From the NCBI RefSeq assembly GCF_047830725.1, contig NZ_CP181252.1, forward strand, positions 1,846,941 to 1,870,940: 24,000 bases of DNA, written 5' to 3'. Of the stretch, positions 9,014 to 16,209 are shown piece by piece (the stretch's first letter is position 1; every line of letters begins with the position of its first letter). The notes below the pieces were generated by a model. The model was not told the DNA's origin and did no database searches. It saw only the letters and a list, made by a program, of their open reading frames with translations. Both the position numbers and the translations under genes were made by a program. This DNA comes from Sporanaerobacter sp. GTDB lineage: Bacteria; Bacillota; Clostridia; Tissierellales; Sporanaerobacteraceae.

Positions 9014-9019
9014 CATTAA
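8786..9019 (+). pseudogene. IS66-family accessory protein TnpA-like (HTH), 3'-truncated
   Basis: 'RKLWTKRIEDYRASGLTAVKWAEENNVSVHTLRYKITQFNKE' fits the N-terminal HTH pattern of IS66 TnpA/orf1 proteins. The last codons and the stop (CAT TAA, 9014-9019) are supplied by antisense ISL3 sequence, so the ORF runs off the end of the fragment. Confidence 0.5.
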
Positions 9020-9865
9020 ATCAACGGCTTCTTTATTCTCATCCTTAAGCTTATGATATCGCGTTAAAATTAGCTTTCTGCTCCGTTTATAGTATTTTCT
9101 AAGAGTAGCAGTCATAGATTTTTGTATGCGTTTCCTGACATTTTCAATAGCCCAAGTTACATGCCTAATAAAGTGGTATTTATCGATAACAATTATAGCA
9201 TTAGGGAAAAATACTTTAGCTAAATCAACGTAAGGCTGCCACATGTCGCATACAAAGAACTTCACCTTATTCCTTTCCTTACGAGAAAATTGCCTAAAGT
9301 AGCTTACAAGATCACTTTGACACCTGTCAGGAATAATATCTAAAACCTTATTGTTTTCCCCATCAACAAGAATACACTGATACTTTCCAGTCTCTGCATT
9401 CCCCTTAAACTCATCAATACATAGAACCTTAGGTAGTGTAGGAGTACCATAATTAACATGATTAAAGATACGAATAACAGTAGAAACAGAGACGTTGGCC
9501 ACTTTAGCTACAGAAGTTAGACTAGTTAGCTTGGTAAGCTCTTGGCAAATAAAAAATGCTAAACGGTTAGTCATGCGGTGATAGCGAGGTAGAAAGTCAT
9601 AAGACTCATAAAACCTCTTTCCACAAGAGCAAGCATACCTTCTTTTTCGAAGTACAAGATATGTGTGCTTAAATTGAAAAGGTAAATCCTTAATTGTCTG
9701 TTCTCTGTAGTCATGAATTTTAGAAGTTTTAGCACCACAAGCAGGGCAAATATGCTCTTTTGGATCAGTTGTAATGTAGATTTTAACGAAAGAATCCTCA
9801 TGCGATATTTTAGTTACTTTAACCCCTTTTAAATCTAATAATTGTGTGATAAAATTAGATTGCAC
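9008..9865 (-). pseudogene. ISL3-family transposase, N-terminal 285 aa (zinc-finger plus HTH plus part of the DDE domain), prematurely terminated
   Basis: GTG start. The zf-ISL3 motif is 'CPACGAKTSKIHDY...RRYACSCGKRF'. 'LCIDEFKG' and 'VCDMWQPY' are DDE-region motifs. The ORF ends '...EAVDLMF*' exactly at the junction with the foreign insert. Confidence 0.85.
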
Positions 9866-10097
9866 TTGTGAATAAACCTCCTTTGTATGTTTTTTTAACC
9901 AATTAACATTTTAGCAGGTTTATTTCACGAGTGCATTTTATTTTTAGAAAAAATAAATGTTAGGGTAAATTATTTTCCACCCCAACATTTATTATAGAAC
10001 CTTTATATGTTAAATAGTTAACAAAAATTAAGAAAATCTATGAGCTTATTCATGATATAATGATAATGGCCGTACTTTTTTTAAAGGAGGATTTTTG

Positions 10098-10478
10098 ATG
10101 AAAAATAGAAATGTCATGGTATGTGTTACTCAACAAAAAACTTGTGAAAGATTAATATTAAGTGGCTATGAGATGTTAAAGAATGATAATGATAAATTAT
10201 TTGTAATACATGTAGTGAATGAAAAAGATAATTTTTTAGATAATAATAGTGATGGTGAAGCTTTAGAATATTTATTTAATGTATCAAAAAAGGTTGGGGC
10301 TAATTTGACAGTATTAAGATCAAAAGATGTGGTTAAAACTATAGAAGATTTTGCAGTGAAAAATAAGATTACCCATATACTCATGGGAGCATCGCCAGAG
10401 GCAGATGGCGGGGAGAGTCAAAACTTAACTTTTAAATTAAATAAAATGTTACCAGAAGTAGAATTTGTCATATTATAA
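10098..10478 (+). CDS. Universal stress protein-like domain protein (KdpD-type USP fold)
   Basis: 'VMVCVTQQKTCERLILSGYEML...LFVIHVV...LEYLFNVSKKVGANLTVLRSKDVVKTIEDFAVKNKITHILMG' follows the pattern of KdpD-type USP domains. AGGAGG RBS at 10085-10090. An extended -10 TGaTATAAT lies at 10053-10061. Confidence 0.6.
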   Translation: MKNRNVMVCVTQQKTCERLILSGYEMLKNDNDKLFVIHVVNEKDNFLDNNSDGEALEYLFNVSKKVGANLTVLRSKDVVKTIEDFAVKNKITHILMGASPEADGGESQNLTFKLNKMLPEVEFVIL

Positions 10479-10533
10479 AAGTATAGATGTATGTTGTATT
10501 AGACTTTAAAATTAATATTGAAGGAGGAATTTC

Positions 10534-11586
10534 GTGATAGGTATAAAGAGGATGTTTCCTGGAGGAAATACTTCAGAAGGTTTTTTTTCATATCACAAGT
10601 ATATTACCAACAATATACATAAGAAAAAATTCATTTTAAAGGGTGGGCCAGGCTCAGGAAAATCTACAATCATGACTGAAATTGGAGATGAAATGCTAGA
10701 AAAAGGATATAGTATTGAATATCATCATTGCCCTTCAGATAGATATTCAGTAGATGGGATAGTTGTACAGGAACTAGGTATTGCCATATTAGATGGAACA
10801 GCACCCCACATAATAGATCCAGAACTTCCTGGGATAATGGATGAGATAATTGATCTTGGAAGATATATAGATAGTGAAAAGCTTATGGAAAATAAAGATA
10901 TTATAATAAATGCGAAAAGTGGCAACAAAAACTGTTATAGAAGAACCTATTCATATTTTAGAGCTGCTAGACAAATACTAAATCAAATAATAGAAGAAAA
11001 TAGTGAATGTGTTGATTTTAAAAGTATGAATAGAATGATATTAGATTTAATAGCAGAAATATATTCTACAGAAGGGGATAAAAACCTATTGGGTGGTGAA
11101 AGACATCTATTTGGTAGTGCATTTACTCCCAGTGGCTTTGTAGATTATACAGATGCTCTTTTAGAAGGCTTAGAAAGGGTATATTTTGTAACTGGAGACT
11201 ATGGTACTGGTAAATCAACACTATTAGGCAAAGTTTATGAAAATGGGAAAATTAGAGGTTACTATATAGAAGTTTATCACGACCCATTTATTCCTCAAAA
11301 AATAAATACAGTTTTAATCCCAGAGCTAAATATAGGATTTACAACTAGTACTATGATAGGAGATAATTATTTCAAGAAAATAAATTTAGACGAATATTTT
11401 AATATTTCAAGAAAAAATGAAAATGATTATAAAGCTTATAAAGAATTAATAGATTTAGGAATATCTAATTTATCTAATGCCAAAGCAAATCATGATATTT
11501 TAGAAAAATATTATCATCTTGCTATTGACTTTGATGGAGTAAATAAGGAAAAAGAATATATCATTAATGAAATTGAAAATTTATAA
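10534..11586 (+). CDS. Double P-loop NTPase of unknown function (resembles the PRK06851-type conserved Firmicute hypothetical ATPase)
   Basis: The GTG start follows AGGAGG (10522-10527) with a 6-nt spacer. There are two Walker A motifs, 'GGPGSGKST' and 'GDYGTGKST', and the two halves are visibly homologous. The gene begins 55 nt after the USP gene with no terminator between them. Confidence 0.7.
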   Translation: MIGIKRMFPGGNTSEGFFSYHKYITNNIHKKKFILKGGPGSGKSTIMTEIGDEMLEKGYSIEYHHCPSDRYSVDGIVVQELGIAILDGTAPHIIDPELPGIMDEIIDLGRYIDSEKLMENKDIIINAKSGNKNCYRRTYSYFRAARQILNQIIEENSECVDFKSMNRMILDLIAEIYSTEGDKNLLGGERHLFGSAFTPSGFVDYTDALLEGLERVYFVTGDYGTGKSTLLGKVYENGKIRGYYIEVYHDPFIPQKINTVLIPELNIGFTTSTMIGDNYFKKINLDEYFNISRKNENDYKAYKELIDLGISNLSNAKANHDILEKYYHLAIDFDGVNKEKEYIINEIENL

Positions 11587-11600
11587 AAGAAGCTTTTAGT

Positions 11601-11638
11601 AAAGAGGAGTTTAGTCATAAAATCTAAAGCTCCTCTTT
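11601..11638. terminator. Bidirectional hairpin terminator between the convergent NTPase and alaX-like genes
   Basis: AAAGAGGAG+TTTAG (11601-11614) pairs with CTAAA+(G bulge)+CTCCTCTTT (11624-11638). T/A-rich flanks lie on both sides. The hairpin overlaps the last codons of the - strand gene. Confidence 0.6.
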
Positions 11639-12508
11639 ATTTGTTAGTTTTTCACATTTGTATTTTAAAAGTTCTTCTTTAAGAATTCTATTTTCTTTTT
11701 CTAATTTTTCTTTTTGAGTATAGAGTTTTTCTACTTTTTCATATACATTTGTATCGTTTATAGAAAGAAGAGCAGAAATATTATTTATTTGTAAATTTTT
11801 TTGTGAGTAATCTTTTAAAGCTCTGTTTCCGCAGACAAATTCCACTCTAGTATTTTCTTTATATTTTTCAGATTTCCTTATTTTTATCATACCTATTTCT
11901 CCAGTATTTCTAAGATGAGTTCCACAGCAAGGAGAATAATCTATATCATCTATTTCTACAATTCTAATATTTGAATCTACAATAGGTTTTTCTCGAAGTG
12001 GAATTCTATCTAAATCATTTTTTTGGACAATATAAGTATTTATTGAAAAGTTGGAATAGATGATTTTATTTGCAACAATTTCTACTCGTTCTATATCTTC
12101 AATTTTCAATTCTGGTATAGTAATATCAATATATACATAATCTTCTCCTATGTGAAAACCCAAAGTTTGTGCACTATATAGTTTATAAAATACTGAAGAA
12201 AGAAGATGTTGGCCTGTGTGTTGTTGCATATAATCTAATCTAGTATCCCAGTCTATAGACAATTGAACTTTATTGGTGTCTATATTTTCATTGACTATAT
12301 GAATAATATCATTATTTTCCTCATATGTGTCTATTACTTTTACACCAGCTATGGTTCCTTTATCTCCAGGTTGTCCGCCAGCTAGATTTGGATAAAATAT
12401 AGTTCTATCAAGTTTTAAATAAAATTTGTTGTCATTATATTTTTTTTCTACTATTCTTGCATTTATTTCAGTTATATATGGATTTTTAAGATATATTTTT
12501 TCTGTCAT
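11624..12508 (-). CDS. alaX: AlaX-like alanyl-tRNA editing protein (tRNA_SAD domain) ending in a coiled-coil tail
   Basis: The zinc and editing motifs are 'HTGQHLL' (HxxxH) and 'CCGTH' (CxxxH). The N-terminal beta-barrel segment is 'FYPNLAGGQPGDKG'. The 294-aa protein ends in a heptad-like 'EKLYTQKEKLEKENRILKEELLKYK' segment. GAGGTGA RBS upstream. Confidence 0.75.
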   Translation of the reverse strand: MTEKIYLKNPYITEINARIVEKKYNDNKFYLKLDRTIFYPNLAGGQPGDKGTIAGVKVIDTYEENNDIIHIVNENIDTNKVQLSIDWDTRLDYMQQHTGQHLLSSVFYKLYSAQTLGFHIGEDYVYIDITIPELKIEDIERVEIVANKIIYSNFSINTYIVQKNDLDRIPLREKPIVDSNIRIVEIDDIDYSPCCGTHLRNTGEIGMIKIRKSEKYKENTRVEFVCGNRALKDYSQKNLQINNISALLSINDTNVYEKVEKLYTQKEKLEKENRILKEELLKYKCEKLTNKEEL

Positions 12509-12603
12509 ATTTTCACCTCATCTCATCTACTTTAATATTTTGTCAATATATATTTTATCATTTTTTCTTAGAGAAAAGTAATTTTAAAAGGAAAATAAAC
12601 TTG

Positions 12604-12612
12604 TGATATAAT
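12604..12612 (+). promoter_or_regulatory. Extended -10 promoter element (TGaTATAAT) upstream of the 29-codon ORF
   Basis: TG at 12604-12605 and TATAAT at 12607-12612, about 22 nt before ATG 12635. The AAGGGGG RBS lies in between. Confidence 0.4.
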
Positions 12613-12634
12613 AAATACACAAGGGGGTTAAAAA

Positions 12635-12724
12635 ATGAAACCTAATGGTTATCTGCTCGTTATGGCTGGAATGTTGCTTGTAATATGGTCTTTAAATAGA
12701 ATGAATAGAAATAGAAAAGTATAA
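12635..12724 (+). CDS. Small hydrophobic peptide, 29 aa (MKPNGYLLVMAGMLLVIWSLNRMNRNRKV)
   Basis: The ORF is not in the track (too short). A strong RBS AAGGGGG (12621-12627) sits 7 nt before the ATG. The peptide has one predicted TM helix followed by a basic tail, and three AGA Arg codons fall in the last 8 codons. Confidence 0.4.
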   Translation: MKPNGYLLVMAGMLLVIWSLNRMNRNRKV

Positions 12725-12791
12725 ATATGCTTATATTTACACTTAAAGAAAACATTTTCACTAAAATAGAGTACAAAAATGCAACATGAGC

Positions 12792-12824
12792 TGCATAAAT
12801 ATACATGACGTGAATAAATATTTA
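12792..12824. promoter_or_regulatory. Two ARG-box-like sites (putative ArgR/AhrC operators) upstream of the arc promoter
   Basis: TGCATAAATATACA (12792-12805) and TGAATAAATATTTA (12811-12824) were compared with the 14-bp ARG-box core TGAAT-N4-ATTCA. They show 2 and 1 mismatches respectively. Both lie immediately 5' of the -35 element. Confidence 0.4.
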
Positions 12825-12831
12825 TTTTTGC

Positions 12832-12861
12832 TTGACATAAATGACAATTTAAAGTTATAAT
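12832..12861 (+). promoter_or_regulatory. Sigma-A-type promoter of the arcABC operon (TTGACA-18 nt-TATAAT)
   Basis: A consensus -35 at 12832-12837 and a consensus -10 at 12856-12861, about 70 nt upstream of the arcA start. Confidence 0.65.
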
Positions 12862-12883
12862 TTAACTATAAATTATCCTTTCG

Positions 12884-12901
12884 TTTGAAAAGTGTTTCAA
12901 A
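12884..12901. promoter_or_regulatory. Perfect 7-4-7 palindrome TTTGAAA-AGTG-TTTCAAA in the arc leader (cre-like or Crp/Fnr-like operator, or an RNA hairpin)
   Basis: The repeat was read directly from the sequence. The core TGAAAAGTGTTTCA matches the CcpA cre consensus TGWAANCGNTNWCA except at the central CG. It also has the form TTGAA-N6-TTCAA. It is centred about 24 nt downstream of the predicted transcription start. Confidence 0.35.
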
Positions 12902-12933
12902 TGTATATTAGTGCATAAAAAGGGGGAGTACCT

Positions 12934-14163
12934 TTGAAAAATCCATTAAATGTGAAATCTGAAATTGGAAAATTGAATACTGTGTTATTACATCGTCCAG
13001 GGAAAGAACTGGAAAACTTAGTACCTGATTGTTTAGACAGGCTATTGTTTGATGACATACCATATCTTGAAAATGCAGTTAGTGAGCATGATGAATTTGC
13101 TAAAATATTTAAAGAGAACGGAGTAGAAGTAATATATTTAGAGGATTTGGCAAGCGAGGCAATTGAAAATGGAAAGGTTAGAGAAAAATTTATCGATGAT
13201 TTTCTTGATGAATCTGATATTGCCGGTGAAGGAAACAGGGAAACAATAAAAGAATATTTTGATAGTTTATCAAATAATGAATTGATTGATAAAATGATAG
13301 CTGGAATTAGGAAAACTGAAATTCAAAGTCATAAGATTCATACTTTATCGGATATGCTTGATGGCGATTATCCATTTATATTAGATCCTATGCCAAATTT
13401 ATATTTTACACGAGATCCTTTTGCTATAGTTGGAAATGGTGTCTGCATAAATCATATGAGGACAGAAACTAGAAACCGAGAAACTCTTTTTGCAAAATAT
13501 ATTTTTGAATATCATCCAAAATTTAAAGACGTAGATATTCCTATTTGGTATAATAGGGATGAAAGGTATTCTATTGAAGGTGGAGACATTTTGATACTAA
13601 ACAATGAGGTTATAGCAGTTGGCATTTCTCAGAGAACTGATTCAGCGGCTATTGAAAAATTTGCAAGGAAGATATTGTGGTCAGATAGTGGTTTTAGAAC
13701 TGTATTAGCTTTTGATATTCCTAAAAAAAGAGCTTTTATGCATCTTGATACGGTATTTACTATGATTGATTATGACAAATTTACTATTCATCCAGAAATA
13801 GAAGGACCTTTGACTGTATTTTCTATTACAAAGAGTTTACATGGTAAAGAAAAGCTATCTATAGAAAAAGAAGAAAGTGAATTAGAAGATATACTCATGA
13901 AATACTTGAAATTGGACAAAGTATCATTGATAAGATGTGGCGGAGGAAACATTGTAGATGCAGCTAGAGAACAATGGAATGACGGCTCAAATACTTTGGC
14001 TATTGCGCCAGGAGAAGTAATTGTTTATGGAAGAAATTATATTACAAACAAGATTTTAGAGGAAAATGGCGTTATAGTTCATAAGTTGAATAGTTCTGAA
14101 TTAGTTAGGGGACGTGGAGGTCCAAGATGCATGAGTATGCCTTTTTCAAGAGAAGATATCTAA
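12934..14163 (+). CDS. arcA: Arginine deiminase
   Basis: TTG start after an AAGGGGGAG RBS. The 409-aa protein has '[15 protein letters not shown]', 'NLYFTRDP', 'EGGDILIL', 'MHLDTVFTM' and a C-terminal catalytic 'GGPRCMSMP'. Confidence 0.95.
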   Translation: MKNPLNVKSEIGKLNTVLLHRPGKELENLVPDCLDRLLFDDIPYLENAVSEHDEFAKIFKENGVEVIYLEDLASEAIENGKVREKFIDDFLDESDIAGEGNRETIKEYFDSLSNNELIDKMIAGIRKTEIQSHKIHTLSDMLDGDYPFILDPMPNLYFTRDPFAIVGNGVCINHMRTETRNRETLFAKYIFEYHPKFKDVDIPIWYNRDERYSIEGGDILILNNEVIAVGISQRTDSAAIEKFARKILWSDSGFRTVLAFDIPKKRAFMHLDTVFTMIDYDKFTIHPEIEGPLTVFSITKSLHGKEKLSIEKEESELEDILMKYLKLDKVSLIRCGGGNIVDAAREQWNDGSNTLAIAPGEVIVYGRNYITNKILEENGVIVHKLNSSELVRGRGGPRCMSMPFSREDI

Positions 14164-14174
14164 TCTTTGAAAAT

Positions 14175-14196
14175 ATAGGGATTTAATAATCCCTAT
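14175..14196 (+). other. Intercistronic stem-loop between arcA and arcB
   Basis: ATAGGGATT-TAAT-AATCCCTAT forms a perfect 9-bp stem. No U-tract follows (TTAAATAAATAA), so it is more likely an mRNA processing or stability element or a weak attenuator than a full terminator. Confidence 0.45.
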
Positions 14197-14226
14197 TTAA
14201 ATAAATAACATGATAGGAGGTTTAAT

Positions 14227-15219
14227 ATGGCTTACAATTTAAAAGGAAGAAATTTTTTAACATTAAAGGATTACACACCAGGTGAGATTGATTATTTATT
14301 GAATTTAGCAGCTGAATTGAAAAGACAAAAATATGCTGGCATTAGACCTAGAAATTTGGAAGGGAAAAATATAGCTTTAATTTTTGAAAAACCTTCAACT
14401 AGAACTAGATGTGCTTTTACTGTAGCAGCAATAGATGAAGGAGCTCATCCAGAGTATTTAGGAAAAGGCGATATACAATTAGGGAAAAAAGAAAGTATAG
14501 AGGATACTGCAAAAGTATTAGGTAGAATGTTTGATGGCATAGAGTTTAGAGGATTCAAACATGAAACTGTAGAAGCTCTTGCAGAATATTCTGGTGTTCC
14601 AGTTTGGAATGGACTTACAGACAAATATCATCCAACTCAAGTATTGGCAGATTTTTTAACTATTAGAGAACATAAAGGATATTTAAAGGGAATTAAATTT
14701 GCTTATATTGGAGATGGAAGAAATAATATGGCAAATTCTTTGATGATTGGTGCTGCAAAAATGGGTATGGATTTTAGAATAGTATCACCAAAAGAATTGT
14801 TCCCAGAAGAAGAATTGGTAGCAGAGGCAAGAAAAATAGCAGAAGAAAACAAAGCAAAAATAACTATAACAGAATCAGTAGAAGAAGGAGTAAAGGACGC
14901 AGATGTTCTATATACAGATGTTTGGGTATCTATGGGAGAAGAAGCTCATTTTGAAGAAAGAATCAATTTACTTAAACCTTATCAAGTAAATATGGACATG
15001 GTGAAAATGGCAGATGAAGAAGTTTTGTTCCTACACTGTTTACCAGCTTTCCATGATTTAGAAACAGAAGTAGGTAGAGAAATATATGAAAAATATGGTT
15101 TAAAAGAAATGGAAGTAACTGATGAAGTATTTAGAAGCAAACATTCAGTTGTATTTGATGAAGCTGAAAATAGGATGCATACTATAAAAGCTGTAATGGT
15201 GGCTACTTTAGGAAAATAG
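14227..15219 (+). CDS. arcB: Ornithine carbamoyltransferase (catabolic by context)
   Basis: Motifs 'STRTRCAF', 'HPTQVLAD' and 'HCLPA'. 330 aa. GGAGG RBS upstream. Confidence 0.95.
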   Translation: MAYNLKGRNFLTLKDYTPGEIDYLLNLAAELKRQKYAGIRPRNLEGKNIALIFEKPSTRTRCAFTVAAIDEGAHPEYLGKGDIQLGKKESIEDTAKVLGRMFDGIEFRGFKHETVEALAEYSGVPVWNGLTDKYHPTQVLADFLTIREHKGYLKGIKFAYIGDGRNNMANSLMIGAAKMGMDFRIVSPKELFPEEELVAEARKIAEENKAKITITESVEEGVKDADVLYTDVWVSMGEEAHFEERINLLKPYQVNMDMVKMADEEVLFLHCLPAFHDLETEVGREIYEKYGLKEMEVTDEVFRSKHSVVFDEAENRMHTIKAVMVATLGK

Positions 15220-15251
15220 TTGTATAGATATTTTAGAAGGGGGAAATCTGT

Positions 15252-16190
15252 TTGGAAAAGATAGTAGTAGCATTGGGAGGAAATGCCCTACAGGCAGCAG
15301 GAAAGCCAGCAACAGCTGAAGCTCAGCTTGAGGTAGTTAAAGATACGACTAGATATATTGCTGATTTAATAGATGCAGGATACCAAGTAGTTATTGCTCA
15401 TGGAAATGGGCCTCAAGTAGGTAGAATAGTTCTCCAAAACGAAGCGGCAAACCATATCACTCCAGCAATGCCTTTTGATGTGTGTGGTGCAATGAGCCAA
15501 GGCATGATAGGATATCATATACAGCAAGCATTGAAAAATGAGTTACAAAAAAGAGGTAGTAAAAAAGCAGTTTCAACAATTGTGACTCAAGTCGTAGTAG
15601 ATAAGGAAGATAGTGCTTTTAAAAATCCTACAAAACCTATTGGACCATTTTATACAGAAGAAGAGGCAAATTTGCTTAAGAAAGAAAAAGGCTATGATAT
15701 GGTAGAGGATGCTGGAAGGGGATTTAGAAGAGTAGTAGCTTCACCAATGCCTAAACGAATAGTTGAAATAGATGCAGTAGAGACTCTTGTAAATTCTGGT
15801 GCTGTTGTCATAACTGTTGGAGGTGGCGGAATTCCAGTCATAGAAGAAAATGGTGAATTAAAGGGAGTAGCTGCAGTTATAGATAAGGATTTGGCGAGCG
15901 AAAAATTAGCTGAAGACCTTGCTGCAGATACACTTTTAATACTTACAGCAGTTGATAAGGTTTCCTTGAACTTTGGAAAGCCAAATCAAGTAGATTTAGA
16001 TGATATAACAGTTGAAGAAGCTAAAAAATATATTGAAGAGGGTCATTTTGCAAGTGGAAGTATGCTTCCAAAAGTTGAAGCAGCTATAAAATTTGCTGAA
16101 TCTAAAGAAGGCAGAGTGGCTATTATAGCTTCATTAGATAATTGTTTAGAAGCTGTAAAAGGAAAACAAGGTACGAGAATTTCTATGTAA
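15252..16190 (+). CDS. arcC: Carbamate kinase
   Basis: TTG start after a GAAGGGGGA RBS. 'IVVALGGNAL', 'VIAHGNGPQVG' and 'GGGGIPV' are typical of carbamate kinase. 312 aa. Confidence 0.93.
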   Translation: MEKIVVALGGNALQAAGKPATAEAQLEVVKDTTRYIADLIDAGYQVVIAHGNGPQVGRIVLQNEAANHITPAMPFDVCGAMSQGMIGYHIQQALKNELQKRGSKKAVSTIVTQVVVDKEDSAFKNPTKPIGPFYTEEEANLLKKEKGYDMVEDAGRGFRRVVASPMPKRIVEIDAVETLVNSGAVVITVGGGGIPVIEENGELKGVAAVIDKDLASEKLAEDLAADTLLILTAVDKVSLNFGKPNQVDLDDITVEEAKKYIEEGHFASGSMLPKVEAAIKFAESKEGRVAIIASLDNCLEAVKGKQGTRISM

Positions 16191-16209
16191 ATAATTAATA
16201 GGTGATTTT

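Larger units (their letters stand above)
8205..10001 (-). mobile_element. ISL3-family insertion sequence, inactivated (transposase split by a foreign insert)
   Basis: The imperfect terminal inverted repeats are GGCTCTTTGTCAATAGTTGGGGTGG (8205-8229) and the reverse complement of 9977-10001, GGTTCTATAATAAATGTTGGGGTGG. They share the GG.TCT start and an identical GTTGGGGTGG block. Both halves of an ISL3 transposase lie inside on the - strand. The flanking 8-mers TTTTTTTG and TTTATATG match at 6/8, so the target duplication is only ambiguous. Confidence 0.75.

Noticed and set aside
12509-12634. T-box or riboswitch leader upstream of the alaX-like gene
   Set aside because: Only ~45-100 nt of leader is available on the - strand, too short for a T-box. 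No conserved T-box or riboswitch core sequence was recognised.
8068-16209. tRNA-Sec-anchored genomic island (integrase-mediated)
   Set aside because: No integrase or recombinase gene is present, and I could not find a direct repeat of the tRNA 3' end downstream. Only IS remnants are present, so classical att-site integration is unsupported.
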